The notes beneath the pieces are model-generated. The model did not search any database. It was not told the origin of the DNA and saw only the letters and a program-made list of their open reading frames with translations. Of a stretch of DNA of 64,000 nt, positions 21,101-30,367 are shown in pieces (positions within the stretch are counted from its first letter, which is position 1; each line of letters opens with the position of its first letter). The stretch spans positions 62,001 through 126,000 of the IMG/VR virus record IMGVR_UViG_3300032242_002041. One strand, given 5' to 3'. The translations under genes were made by a program, and so were the position numbers.

Positions 21101-24100
21101 CTTGGCAACTAAAGCTGACCAATTGGCCAACAGCTACAATACACAAACAGCCAACCTCAACAGAGATAATGACTTGTTAGCATTTGGGCTTATCGGGTTC
21201 CGCCCAAGACAATACATGGTTGATTTAAATTTAACAGACACCAGCCAGGTTCAATTGTATCAACAATTTGTTAAGACCATGGGTAGCAAAAATGCTACAA
21301 ATTTGTTTACCGAAGTTAATTTTAATAATTTAACAAGTCAATACAACATTTATGAAACCTGGGGGATTCAAATTGGAACCTACGGCGCTCAAGCTAATCG
21401 TAGTTGGTTTGAAGTAGCCCTCAACGAAGCAGTGCTAAACGGTAATCCTAGTACATTCCAAATTATTCAACCAGGACAGACTAGCGAAGCTGACCAAACT
21501 ATTCTGTTGAGCAATTTGTGGGCAGAAAGTTATGCTATACCCAATACTGACATATTACCTACAACCTATACTAGAAATTTAGACACAGCCTTACCAACGG
21601 CTGGGTATGTTAATCTTAACGATGTCGACATTACAGTGTTTAATCTTAACGACCCAAGTGCTATCGCGGCACAGTTGTCAACCGTTGGCAACGGTACTAC
21701 AATTTGGGTAGCGCAAGATAACAGCTACGATTGGAACATTTATGAATGTGTTCAAGTTACTGGGCGTTTAATCCAACTGTCGGACAATCTCAACGGAACC
21801 AGCGTTGCACAATTCAGTGGCACTATTGATCTAGCCATTGGCGACTTAATAATTGTTCGTTATTTTGACACCGCAGTTGATGGAGTATATCGTGTATTAA
21901 GCAGGCCTGCCGTTGACTCGGTAGTTATCCAATATGCATTTGTTAACTCTAATCAAACTACAATTTCTGGCACCGGCATTGTGTTCCGTTTACAAACCAT
22001 GCGAGTAAGGCAGGCCAGCGATATTATTAATTTGCCTTATGCTAATCAACTTATACCCGGGGCACAAGCCTGGGTCGACAACAACGGTTCCGGACACTGG
22101 GAAGTTCTAAAGAAAACTGATCCATTTGCTGCTATAGAATCCATAACAACCAACAGCCCAGAAGTTAATTCGTTGTTTGGCTCTAGTCTGGCTCAGAGTT
22201 CAGATCATTATGTTATGATAGTAGGTGCACCTGGTGCTGTCGGCGGCGCCGGAGCAGTTTGCACATATCGTGCATATCAAAATCAATACATAGAAAATAC
22301 AAAATTATTATTGTCTGCTACCGCTGCCGCAGGGTATGGTAACAGCGTAGATTTTGGCAACAGAACTTGGGCAGTAGCCGGAGCAAGTGCTAGTAATTCA
22401 GGCGCTGGCTATGCCACTGTATTATACTTGATTCCGGGATCAGGTGACTACATTCAAACGCAATTGTTGGTGGCACCGGACCAAGATTTTAGTGCAACAG
22501 GATTTGGATCAGCAGTACAAATCAGCGACGACGAGCGATGGATGTATATTAGTGCTCCGGGTGCTAACAAAATTTACGCATACGGTCGCGTTGACGTGCC
22601 AGAACAATCGGTTTCCTACGTAGCCAACGGCACAACTTCCGCGTTTAATTACAGCAACAGCATTATGATTAACTCTGCTTATCCAGAACAATTGTTGGTA
22701 ACTGTAAATAACGTCTTGAAAACAGCAGGAGTCGATTATACCGTGTCAGGAACATCGGTTAATTTTACATCAGCTCCTGTAGCTAACAATAAGATTTTTA
22801 TTAGCCGTCGGACAACACTACAGATAAGAAATTTTAATGACTCAACTCTTTCTCTGGTAACTTACTTGTCTACAGTTACAACCTACGATTCTTTTACTGT
22901 TACAGTAAACGGGGTGTTACAACGACCCTATATCGATTACACCTTTAGCAGTGGTGTTGTTACATTTATTGTTTCGTTGCCAAGTAACGCTACCGTTGCA
23001 GTATCATCTGCTGTAGCTGGTGCATATTGGCAATATGTCAACGTTATTACAGCGGCTGGCATTGATAGCGATGCTCGTCTTGGTACCAGTTTAACCACAG
23101 ATCAACTGGGCCTGCAACTTTTAGCCGGCGCACCTTACGATAGTGCTACGGATGCCATTGGAAATATTATTAATAATCCTGGTACTGTATATGCGTTTGA
23201 TCGAAGTAACATCAGATATATCATAACCGATGCTAGTCAATTAACTTATGCAATTCCTGGGACCTATACTAGCCCACTAGCAGTAATGTTGAATAATCAA
23301 TATTTGACCAACACTGCTCAATATGTTAATGGACAGTTTACAGTCAGTGGCAGTAACATTATACTATCTAGTTCTGTTGCATTGACAATAGGTGACACCT
23401 TGGAAATTGAAACTAATCAGTTTCAATTTGTACAAAAATTTGCAAGCAAGGTTGTAATTGATGAAGCTAAATTTGGCCAAAGTATAGATATCTGTTCAAA
23501 CAATTGCAGTGTATATGTTGGTGCACCACAAGATACTTACGCTACCGGCGTATTTAAAGCTGGACTGGTTCAACGTCAAGTTAACCAGTCTCGAATATAT
23601 GGTGTAACTACAAGCACTGTGGCTAATCCTACACTGACACCAGGCGATACTATACGCATTAACCTTCAACAGGTTGCTGTTCCGGCAGTTCCTAACAATA
23701 CTGTTGCTGGCCTAGCTAGTGCCATTAACGCTTCCGGTATACCCAATGTTGCAGCATCCGCAAGTGCCGCTGGCTTTTTAACAATCAACGTAATTAACAG
23801 CGCAGCAGCTGTGGAGTTTAACAGACTTACAGTATTGCCTGGTGTGACCGGAACGGCGTTTGCTGATCTTGGATTTACAACTTACCTGTACACACAAACT
23901 ATTACAAGTCCAAATCCTACAGCCTATGCACAATTTGGCTCTAGCGTAAACGTGAATACCGGCGCTGTAAACTTGGTGGTAGGATCGCCCAATGGTGATG
24001 TCTATGAACCAACTACATTTGATGCTGGTAAAACATATTTTGATGAGCATAGCACTACAGTATTTGGCTATATTACCAATTCTGGAGTAGTATACACTTA

Positions 24101-27100
24101 CGATTACCTGCCAAGTTCTAGTGTCAGTGCCGCTAATCCTGGAAACTTTGTATTTGGACAACAGGTCTATGTAACCACTTTAAATACCGGAGATCAATTT
24201 GGTTCTGCTGTTAACTATCGCAATGGTAGATTAGTAGTAGGTGCTCCAGGAACTGACCTTCCTGGCGGCAATCAAAATTATGGAAGTATATCGATCTTAG
24301 ACAACCCAGCTGATGCCGCAGTATGGCAGGTACTTTATAAACAACTACCAATGGTTGATGTAAATCTTATCAACAGTGTCTATTCATACAACAAGTTATT
24401 AAACAGTGTCCAAACTTATTTTGATTATATTGATCCATTGCAAGGAAAAATATTAGGAATAGCCCGTAGAAATATTGATTACATTGGCGCGGTCGATCCA
24501 GCTAGTTACAACGCCGGCACAGTGCATAATACCGGCACCAGTTGGGGTGCTGCACATGAAGGCGAAATCTGGTGGGATACCAATAGTGTTAGATTCATTG
24601 ACGCTAACCAAGATAATTTAACCTACGCTAGTCGTCGTTGGGGCCAGGCATTTCCTGGTAGTCGCATAGACATTTATCAATGGATTGCAAGTTCAGTTCT
24701 TCCAGCTAACTATACCGGTTCCGGAACGCCATTGAGCACAACTAGTTATACCACACATTCTACGGTTAACAATCAAGGCTTGATAACTACTACGTATTAT
24801 TTCTGGGTTCGTGGCATTGCCACAACCGCTACCCAGTTTGGAAAAACTCTAAGTGCTACAGCTATTGCTAGTTATATTCTTGATCCTTCTAGTAGTGGAT
24901 TGCCTTACATAGCAGCCTTAACAGCCAACGCTGTAGCCATTTATAATTCTGCTAGTTTGTTATCAGCCAATAATACTATATTACATGTTGAATACGATAG
25001 ACAGGCCGTCGGCAGTACCAGTGACATACACACAGAATATGAATTCATTGCCGACGGAAAAGCCGAGGCTTTCTTAAATCCTAACCTATACCGTAAATTG
25101 CTAGACAGTTTCTGCGGTACAACTACAACCGGTGCTGCAGTGCCAGATCCTCTGTTAAGTCCTGGCATGCAGTACGGAGTTGAGTTCCGTCCACGCCAGA
25201 GCATGTTTGTCAATCGCTATAAGGCATTAGAAAACTATCTAACTCATGTTAACAACATATTAGTACAATATCCTATTACTGAAACTCGCAGTTTACATTT
25301 ATTAAACAGTGCAGAACCCACACCAACACAGTTTGTGCAAATTAATGCTGGCAAGTTTGTTGTAGGCACTCAATATACCATTTATACAGTAGGAACTACA
25401 GACTTTACTCTTATTGGTGCTGCCAATAACAACATAGGCACAACATTCGTTGCTACTGGTGCAGGAATAGGAACAGGTTCAGCATCATATTATAGTTGGA
25501 ACTACGAAGTTGCTAATCTTGAAATTTTAGCCTACCAAGATCTTACATTAGTTCCGGTTGGTTATCGATATCTGGTACAGACCGATGCTAGTCAACATGG
25601 CCGCTGGACCATATACCAAGTAATTCAAATCAGTGAAACAGGACAACCAGCATTGGAATTGGCGCAGGTACAAAGCTATGATACTCCTTTGTATTGGAAT
25701 TATATTGATTGGTATCTACCTGGATACAACAGCAGTATACAACCTGCAGCCACAGTGGCCAATACTGCTGAACTACAAACTTTAAGTTTGGATACTGCAC
25801 CCATTGGAAGCAGTGTTAAAGTTAGCAATATCAACAGCACTGGCAAATTTGAAATTTATCTCCGCGCTGGAATAAATCCGGTAACTGGCTGGCAACGAGT
25901 AGGACTTCAAGACGGAACAATAGCATTCAGCGAAGTGCTTTGGAACTATCCATTGGGCGGTTTTGGATTTGATGCAGAAGTATTTGACGCACTGTATTTT
26001 GACCAAGAGCCTGTGGTTGAAACTCGTTATATTATAGAGGCAATTAATAAAGAATTATTCATCGACGATTTGTTAATTTACCGTAATCAAAGTTTGATGT
26101 TGATGTTCCAATTTATCTACAGTGAGCTTACTAGTCCAAGTTGGTTAATCAAAACCAGTTACATTGATGTGGATCATGTTGTTGGCGGATTGTATCCTTA
26201 CCAACTATATCAACCTGACAATCAAACATTTGTACTAGATTATCTCAATGAGGTCAAACCTTATCACGTACAAACTTTGGCATTTAACTTGATCTATGAA
26301 GGGCTGGATCTTTATTCTGGATCCTTAACTGATTATGATGTGCCATCCTATTGGGACTTAGCGTTAGAATCACCACAGTTTGTTAGTCCAATACTAACCC
26401 CTTACACTTACTCCAACAGTGTAGACCAGTCGTTTGCTAGCGATGCAGCCAGTAACGCACAAATTTGGCTACAACAGCCCTGGAGTAATTGGTTTAACAA
26501 TCACACATTGAGTGTAGATAGCATCAATGTTGTTGATACTACAACTGTATATAATGATGTGCCAGTTATAACCATTGGATATAAATGGGAAAGCGAAACT
26601 GCATACTCTGCAGGCGCCCAAATATTCTACGGTAATAATTTATACACAGTTACCGTGGCCGGAACTACCGGAACCTCAGCTCCAACATTTACTTCTGGAA
26701 GCTCAGTTGACGGCACAGCAACTCTGACCTATACAGGAATAGCAGCCAAAGCTACAGTAATTTTAAGATCCAACGGCACTATATATTCAGTTACAGTTAC
26801 AACTCCAGGATCTGGATATCTGACCACGCCTGTAATAGCCATTAATGGCGTTTATCCTATTTTTGATCCAGAATTGCCGCCATCAAAGGTAAAATTAGTA
26901 CCTGTAATGGGCAATAGCCTGGTTAGAGATAGTAAGACCACAATCAAATACGATCGTTGCCAATATGCCAGTACTATTTTTGAGTGGCAACCTGATGTAG
27001 TTTATGCCGAGGGTGATCGAGTGCGCTGGCACAATCGTGTATGGTCTGCCAACTCTACTCAACGCTCTCCAACATTTGTTGTATTTGATTGGACTATAGT

Positions 27101-28517
27101 ATCAGCCAGCGATCTTGACTGTGCAGATCGTACCATGGGGTATTACACACCTACAATTGACATGCCAGGCCTTAGTTTACCATTGTTAATTGATGGTATT
27201 ACATATCCTGGAGTGCAAGTCTCTGCACCAGGATTCAATCAGAATACTGGATTTGATGTTGGTAATTTTGATATTAATCCCTTTGATAACTTAGCTTACG
27301 GTGCCGAAGGTCAACCTACCTATGACCCAGCAATACTAGATGCACGGTACAGCAGTGCTTATTTAGATACCTATTTAGGAACTAGACCCACAGACATCAA
27401 TGTTGATGGCGGCGGCTATATTGATGCATTCAGTAGTTATGCTCCAGAAGAATTAGTTCCGGGCAGCGAGTTTGATACCATGGACTTCCGTGTGTACACA
27501 CGCCCGGTCTCTGTTTATGTTGGCAACGGATCTACTACTGCATTTGCCGCACCTGTTGGAGCAACAGAGGTTGTGGTTACGGTCAATAATTTAGTGCTAA
27601 CACCCGGAGTAGATTATACCTATGCCAGCGGAATTGCTACATTAACTAGTCCTCCTGCCAATGGATCCCAAACTGTCGTACTTGAAAGCAATCCAGAAAG
27701 TGCTGGCTTAGCATTTCGCATATTTCAAGACATGAGGGGAGTGCAGGCTACATATCGTATAACTCCTGAAACAACTACAACATTGGTTCGGCCCCTATTA
27801 ATTACTGACGAAGTAATCTATGTTAACAATGCCGATACATTACTACAACCAAATTTATCTGCTAATGTCTGGGGAGTGTTAACGGTAAATGCTGAACGTA
27901 TTATGTATCGTGAAATAGATCTTGATAACAACACAGTAAGTGGGTTGTTAAGAGGCACCGCCGGTACAGGCATTGCTACACACTCTAATGGCGCTGTAGT
28001 TTATAACATGGGCCGAGATAATTTATTACCACTACCATATCAAAACTATGTGGTCAGTAATAGTCAATTAGGCAATGGAACCAATACTGTATTTGTGGCT
28101 GACAATATATCGCTAGAATACAGCGAAAACTTTGATATATTGCCATATGATTTTGGTAACATAACTGGAGAATCTGGTTCATATGATTTTAGTGAAACTG
28201 TTACTCCAGACAGTGCTGTGGAAGTGTATGTAGGCGGAACACGAGTTCAAACCGGCTATACAATAATTCAAACAGCAGGATTTGACACTAGCGGCTATGC
28301 TAGTTATCCATTTGATACAAGTGCATACAGACCGAATAATACTCAGATTGTTGTTGTAGAGTTTGATATTGCTCCGCCCGCGGGTGTTGATGTTACTATT
28401 TTGGTACGTAGAGGGGTTGATTGGTATCAACCAGGAATAAATCCAATATCACCTAGCAACGGTCAACCCTTACAAGTAACCCAAACGGTGCCTGCACAGT
28501 TTTTCCGGGGCGAATAA
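15153..28517 (+). CDS. Giant (4454 aa) baseplate wedge/adhesion protein in the gp7 position
   Basis: Coupled to gp6; DKFVNYAQYYWLP N-terminus; YLNEVKPYH motif; FG-GAP-like blades, CBM-like, cupredoxin-like and Ig-like modules. Confidence 0.7.
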   Translation: MAKQVRSVEFLPAIFQTPINDQFLSATLDQLIQNPQFTQTQGFIGRRVGPGVNANDKYVVEPTKIRNNYQLEPGVAQLNPTDSHRVVDVITYPGINDALKLQGAYTDNADRLYNSDYYTWDPFVDFDKFVNYAQYYWLPGGPLAVDVSSEGVPFTDSFTVTRANGAYTFSGVEGDNPTLTLARTGRYTFNVAQNQQETANFRVTNNGTSSWNINYSPNPTLTLVRGGTYNFNLIQTFPWAFYFKTKLSLGTTNIYSNGVFNNGAGSNLITFTVPQDAPDTLYYCNDLEINLRGQINIIDGTPGTGDGFWIQTDPGVNGRIPTTPNISSRNVLGVTNNGIDLGTVTFNVPSATAQDFYFNMPNIGQVDLITTLQFDQINNQLVDIFLENNPDGIDGITNLQNRTIAFITQNSDPGTGGWQQATFFDPLLNAGNVESGAGSYDSTTFAETTFITDPATQYGVWRIQYLTAETGDIYMSLQFVQNVELDNKFTVGFGKEYASTSWYKDSSGFFSEIPLLTADRSLLFYQDGTDPNIFGRIRIINQQTSTTLNVDEIIGLPTYTSPNGVIFTNGMKVVFRGDVYPASYQNNEYYVEGVGTAIRLLPVGNFVTPETYTVGASIPYDSTLYDSGNFDGDLNQPVVPDYLTVNRASLDLNAWTRSNRWFHIDVINASAAYNNTTPILDNNFRARRPILEFRAGTRLFDFGTEGLQPVNIIDFTQTDALSNVEGSVGYSTDGYTLLNGSTIIFAADQDPEVRKTVYRVEFITPDTVPPLIPEPIIVLTPIATAVADQTVVVLSGTTEQGMSCYYSGVDWSPPPKIWVTTSGTTRLAGSTAVDSAYATRVIQEGLEAAQQKISVNQPPLFNIYDSNGISFGNRLVYSSSNFNGSPLFSYAIGNAAPDLVLGFPLTYLSLTNLGDIVFDNNFYKDSFTYTINSTGKTVELSTGFVRQYSTRVISKREIGWQTAVTTSLVRQQFQFTYDGSPLQLDVAVNNNTTVPAVQIFANGQFQEAYNYQYTVGTNTTTINLLTTYVPGDLIEVVVLSDQVSATGFYQVPMNLSNNPLNGNSNQFTLGTIRNHYTSIAENLINLSGPVIGANNTRDLGNIVPYGLQILQQSSPATLTGYFMRDANYDIFAALAYNSTEYIKFKSQLLNAVTTFGIADYDNWTVAQLLDASIAQITAGRTNLNSFYWSDMLPTGTAFISNSYTVNPITTNKFNTVQTYNFTESNYLGLCVYVNNRLLTREYEYVVSTEGPTLTVTIPLSVTDVVTINEYSDTAGNFVPNTPTKLGLYPKYEPKIFLDVDYVNPTPVIQGHDGSITVAFGDIRDQVLLEFEQRIFSNLKNDGNPPPLVAEDVIPGQFRTTDYTQAEVNQILGENFLAWAGANKIDYTAQTYIANNEFTYNYSQSSNRLDTGTPLLGAWRGIYRWFYDTLTPNLTPWEMLGFSEMPVWWTDRYGPVPYTADNLVLWGDLELGLVADPVAPYIIPKYRRPGLTSVIPVDSQGQLIAPFYSVMGAYNPQGFQKSWQVGDGGPVEASWWSSSSYPFAVMRLLVLTRPAEFFSLFADRDLYRYSAEFDQYLYNGRYRIQPQNIEVYGNGVSKASYINWIVDYNQQLAMNSTDALTTDLANLDVRLCYRAASFVAQQNLKLYLEKSAPQSQNDSLLIPPESYNLLLYKNQPFNRIDYSAVIVEVVDGGYSIYGYSTTNPYFNISVSKVAGLTQTITAGNISVTVPSQYSGQVAQIPYGYTFTSLASVVDFLLSYGDYLKNQGLTFITQENGYTLNWLQMAQEFVYFANQGWANGTIINLNPSATQAIALRPGSVVDSIVTYTPENLIKDQNRQALNTRDLIVFRQGNLFRVNPAPGGNQTISYLQLKFTDYEDIVVLDNRTIFNDLIYNTVTAERQNRLRLNAATSTQWNGTLNAQGFILNQNNVVAWKSNTNYTKGDIVIYKNNYWQASNIVQPKETFDYTDWYKSNYDRIEQGLLQNLATKADQLANSYNTQTANLNRDNDLLAFGLIGFRPRQYMVDLNLTDTSQVQLYQQFVKTMGSKNATNLFTEVNFNNLTSQYNIYETWGIQIGTYGAQANRSWFEVALNEAVLNGNPSTFQIIQPGQTSEADQTILLSNLWAESYAIPNTDILPTTYTRNLDTALPTAGYVNLNDVDITVFNLNDPSAIAAQLSTVGNGTTIWVAQDNSYDWNIYECVQVTGRLIQLSDNLNGTSVAQFSGTIDLAIGDLIIVRYFDTAVDGVYRVLSRPAVDSVVIQYAFVNSNQTTISGTGIVFRLQTMRVRQASDIINLPYANQLIPGAQAWVDNNGSGHWEVLKKTDPFAAIESITTNSPEVNSLFGSSLAQSSDHYVMIVGAPGAVGGAGAVCTYRAYQNQYIENTKLLLSATAAAGYGNSVDFGNRTWAVAGASASNSGAGYATVLYLIPGSGDYIQTQLLVAPDQDFSATGFGSAVQISDDERWMYISAPGANKIYAYGRVDVPEQSVSYVANGTTSAFNYSNSIMINSAYPEQLLVTVNNVLKTAGVDYTVSGTSVNFTSAPVANNKIFISRRTTLQIRNFNDSTLSLVTYLSTVTTYDSFTVTVNGVLQRPYIDYTFSSGVVTFIVSLPSNATVAVSSAVAGAYWQYVNVITAAGIDSDARLGTSLTTDQLGLQLLAGAPYDSATDAIGNIINNPGTVYAFDRSNIRYIITDASQLTYAIPGTYTSPLAVMLNNQYLTNTAQYVNGQFTVSGSNIILSSSVALTIGDTLEIETNQFQFVQKFASKVVIDEAKFGQSIDICSNNCSVYVGAPQDTYATGVFKAGLVQRQVNQSRIYGVTTSTVANPTLTPGDTIRINLQQVAVPAVPNNTVAGLASAINASGIPNVAASASAAGFLTINVINSAAAVEFNRLTVLPGVTGTAFADLGFTTYLYTQTITSPNPTAYAQFGSSVNVNTGAVNLVVGSPNGDVYEPTTFDAGKTYFDEHSTTVFGYITNSGVVYTYDYLPSSSVSAANPGNFVFGQQVYVTTLNTGDQFGSAVNYRNGRLVVGAPGTDLPGGNQNYGSISILDNPADAAVWQVLYKQLPMVDVNLINSVYSYNKLLNSVQTYFDYIDPLQGKILGIARRNIDYIGAVDPASYNAGTVHNTGTSWGAAHEGEIWWDTNSVRFIDANQDNLTYASRRWGQAFPGSRIDIYQWIASSVLPANYTGSGTPLSTTSYTTHSTVNNQGLITTTYYFWVRGIATTATQFGKTLSATAIASYILDPSSSGLPYIAALTANAVAIYNSASLLSANNTILHVEYDRQAVGSTSDIHTEYEFIADGKAEAFLNPNLYRKLLDSFCGTTTTGAAVPDPLLSPGMQYGVEFRPRQSMFVNRYKALENYLTHVNNILVQYPITETRSLHLLNSAEPTPTQFVQINAGKFVVGTQYTIYTVGTTDFTLIGAANNNIGTTFVATGAGIGTGSASYYSWNYEVANLEILAYQDLTLVPVGYRYLVQTDASQHGRWTIYQVIQISETGQPALELAQVQSYDTPLYWNYIDWYLPGYNSSIQPAATVANTAELQTLSLDTAPIGSSVKVSNINSTGKFEIYLRAGINPVTGWQRVGLQDGTIAFSEVLWNYPLGGFGFDAEVFDALYFDQEPVVETRYIIEAINKELFIDDLLIYRNQSLMLMFQFIYSELTSPSWLIKTSYIDVDHVVGGLYPYQLYQPDNQTFVLDYLNEVKPYHVQTLAFNLIYEGLDLYSGSLTDYDVPSYWDLALESPQFVSPILTPYTYSNSVDQSFASDAASNAQIWLQQPWSNWFNNHTLSVDSINVVDTTTVYNDVPVITIGYKWESETAYSAGAQIFYGNNLYTVTVAGTTGTSAPTFTSGSSVDGTATLTYTGIAAKATVILRSNGTIYSVTVTTPGSGYLTTPVIAINGVYPIFDPELPPSKVKLVPVMGNSLVRDSKTTIKYDRCQYASTIFEWQPDVVYAEGDRVRWHNRVWSANSTQRSPTFVVFDWTIVSASDLDCADRTMGYYTPTIDMPGLSLPLLIDGITYPGVQVSAPGFNQNTGFDVGNFDINPFDNLAYGAEGQPTYDPAILDARYSSAYLDTYLGTRPTDINVDGGGYIDAFSSYAPEELVPGSEFDTMDFRVYTRPVSVYVGNGSTTAFAAPVGATEVVVTVNNLVLTPGVDYTYASGIATLTSPPANGSQTVVLESNPESAGLAFRIFQDMRGVQATYRITPETTTTLVRPLLITDEVIYVNNADTLLQPNLSANVWGVLTVNAERIMYREIDLDNNTVSGLLRGTAGTGIATHSNGAVVYNMGRDNLLPLPYQNYVVSNSQLGNGTNTVFVADNISLEYSENFDILPYDFGNITGESGSYDFSETVTPDSAVEVYVGGTRVQTGYTIIQTAGFDTSGYASYPFDTSAYRPNNTQIVVVEFDIAPPAGVDVTILVRRGVDWYQPGINPISPSNGQPLQVTQTVPAQFFRGE

Positions 28518-28521
28518 TCAA

Positions 28522-28529
28522 GGTAAATA
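28522..28529 (+). promoter_or_regulatory. Late promoter GGTAAATA
   Basis: 4 nt before ATG 28534. Confidence 0.65.
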
Positions 28530-28533
28530 ATGT

Positions 28534-28671
28534 ATGACTGAAAATAAACAACCAAATCAGACACAAACTCCTACAAAACGACCCAACGAAACTGGCTCAA
28601 TAAAGGTAGAAGGTTTTGTACGAATACACGATCCAAAAACAAAAGAAGTTTTTGTGGAGAAGCGAGCATGA
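28534..28671 (+). CDS. 45-aa protein duplicating the N-terminus of the next gene; absent from the ORF track
   Basis: MTENKQPNQTQTPTKRPNETGSIKVEGFVRIHDPKTKEVFVEKRA*; fills the gap; ATGA overlap with 28668. Confidence 0.8.
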   Translation: MTENKQPNQTQTPTKRPNETGSIKVEGFVRIHDPKTKEVFVEKRA

Positions 28672-29285
28672 TAACTCCAGGTTTATGCAAAATTGAAGGA
28701 TTTGTAAAAATCCACGATCCAAAAACAAAAGAAGTTTTTGTAGATAAAAGAAATGCCATTCACTACGAAAACATCAGTATTGCCATGGCCGAAACACTAA
28801 GCAATCGTACCAGCGCACAAGGTGGCGGTTGGATTTATGGTATGGCCTTTGGTAACGGCGGAAGTGCCGTAGACCCAACAGGTGTTATTACCTATTTGCC
28901 GCCAAACACAACTGGTCAAAATGCTAATTTGTATAATCCAACTTATTTTAAAGTAGTAGACGATAATTCAGCGGCCAATACTGACCCTGCTAATAATTAC
29001 ATGACTGTAGTACATACTTCAGGCCAGGCCTACACTGATATTATAACCACTTGTCTACTTGACTATGGTGAACCTGCAGGACAACAGGCCTTTGATAATT
29101 CAACTAATTTCAATGGTCAGTATGTATTTGACGAACTAGGGCTAAAATGTTGGAACGGTAGTGCTAGTAATTTGCTATTAATTACCCATGTGATTTTTCA
29201 TCCAGTGCAAAAAAGTTTAAATCGTCAAATCCAAATAGATTATACTTTGCGTATTCAAACATTAACTAACTTGAGTGCGGCATAA
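28668..29285 (+). CDS. Virion structural protein (baseplate/fibre attachment)
   Basis: MAFGNGG, FDELGL and HVIFHPVQKSLNRQIQIDYTLRI; lies between baseplate and fibre genes. Confidence 0.55.
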   Translation: MITPGLCKIEGFVKIHDPKTKEVFVDKRNAIHYENISIAMAETLSNRTSAQGGGWIYGMAFGNGGSAVDPTGVITYLPPNTTGQNANLYNPTYFKVVDDNSAANTDPANNYMTVVHTSGQAYTDIITTCLLDYGEPAGQQAFDNSTNFNGQYVFDELGLKCWNGSASNLLLITHVIFHPVQKSLNRQIQIDYTLRIQTLTNLSAA

Positions 29286-29313
29286 ATACGAGCATATTAA
29301 AATGCGGTAAATA
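29283..29313 (+). promoter_or_regulatory. Two late-type TAAATA boxes
   Basis: TAAATA at 29283 and GGTAAATA at 29306, then GGAG before ATG 29332. Confidence 0.6.
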
Positions 29314-29331
29314 TACGAAACGGAGCAATAA

Positions 29332-30351
29332 ATGTCATATACAATTAATTTAACAGATGGTGCGTTATTCGCTACTATTCCAGACGGTACCATTAATACT
29401 ACCAGCTCAATGACCCTAGTAGGTAAAAACTACGCTGGTTATGGTCAGTTTTTAGATACCAACTTTATCCATCTGCTTGAAAATGCATCAAATACCACTG
29501 CACCGAGTGCTCCGCTAACAGGCCAACTTTGGTGGAACTCCGGCTCTGGTATCCTTAATGTTTACAACGGAACTGCATGGAAAGTTATCGGAAGTGCTAC
29601 TGCTAGTACTACTGCCCCGAGTGGCAGTGTTAGTGTTGCTGGCGACCTATGGTACGACAGTGTTAATGCACAACTAAATGTTTATACCGGTACTTCCTGG
29701 TTGTTAGTGGGCCCACAGGCCAGTGCAGGACAAGGTGTTACTGGCGCTATTGCAGCTACAATCACAGACACCTTAAGCACAGCTCACGTTGTTCTTGAAT
29801 TATATACTGCCAACACCATTGTTGGAATGGTTAGCAAAGATTCTACATTTACTCCTGGAACCTCTGTACCAGGCGGGTGGGGAATACAACCGATCTCACC
29901 TGGAATTACATTGTCCACAAATGTGGCTAATTCGGCATTTCAAGGAACATCCATCAAAGCCCTATATGCTGACGTTGCAGAAAGATTTGCCGCAGACGTA
30001 GAAATGCCAGCTGGTACTGTAGTTGAACTTGGCGGATCCGCAGAAATTACTCTTTCTAATAATGAATTAAGTGAAAATGTATTCGGGGTCATAAGTACAC
30101 AAGCAGCATATTTAATGAATAGTGCCGCCGGAACAGACGCTACACATCCCCCAGTTGCAATGACTGGACGTGTTCCGGTTCGCGCAATTGGTCAGATCCG
30201 CAAAGGCGACAGATTAGTTTCTGCTGGTAACGGACTAGCAAGATCGGCTGCTGCAGGAGAGGCCAATGCGTTTAATGTTATTGGCCGAGCTCTTAAAGAT
30301 AAACTAGACACAAACATTGGCACCGTAGAAGCTATAGTGACAATCAAATAA
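29332..30351 (+). CDS. Tail fibre-like protein with C-terminal peptidase G2-type intramolecular chaperone
   Basis: Repeated G(Q/D)LW(W/Y)..LNVY.GT.W fibre motifs; ADVAERF, FGVIST, PVAMTGRVPV, KGDRLVS and VIGRAL. Confidence 0.7.
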   Translation: MSYTINLTDGALFATIPDGTINTTSSMTLVGKNYAGYGQFLDTNFIHLLENASNTTAPSAPLTGQLWWNSGSGILNVYNGTAWKVIGSATASTTAPSGSVSVAGDLWYDSVNAQLNVYTGTSWLLVGPQASAGQGVTGAIAATITDTLSTAHVVLELYTANTIVGMVSKDSTFTPGTSVPGGWGIQPISPGITLSTNVANSAFQGTSIKALYADVAERFAADVEMPAGTVVELGGSAEITLSNNELSENVFGVISTQAAYLMNSAAGTDATHPPVAMTGRVPVRAIGQIRKGDRLVSAGNGLARSAAAGEANAFNVIGRALKDKLDTNIGTVEAIVTIK

Positions 30352-30367
30352 TATCAAGGATTAAGTA

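Noticed and set aside
3309-28517. Bacterial T6SS or extracellular contractile injection system
   Set aside because: Linked gp55, gp47 and late promoters, and the absence of membrane-complex genes, indicate a phage.
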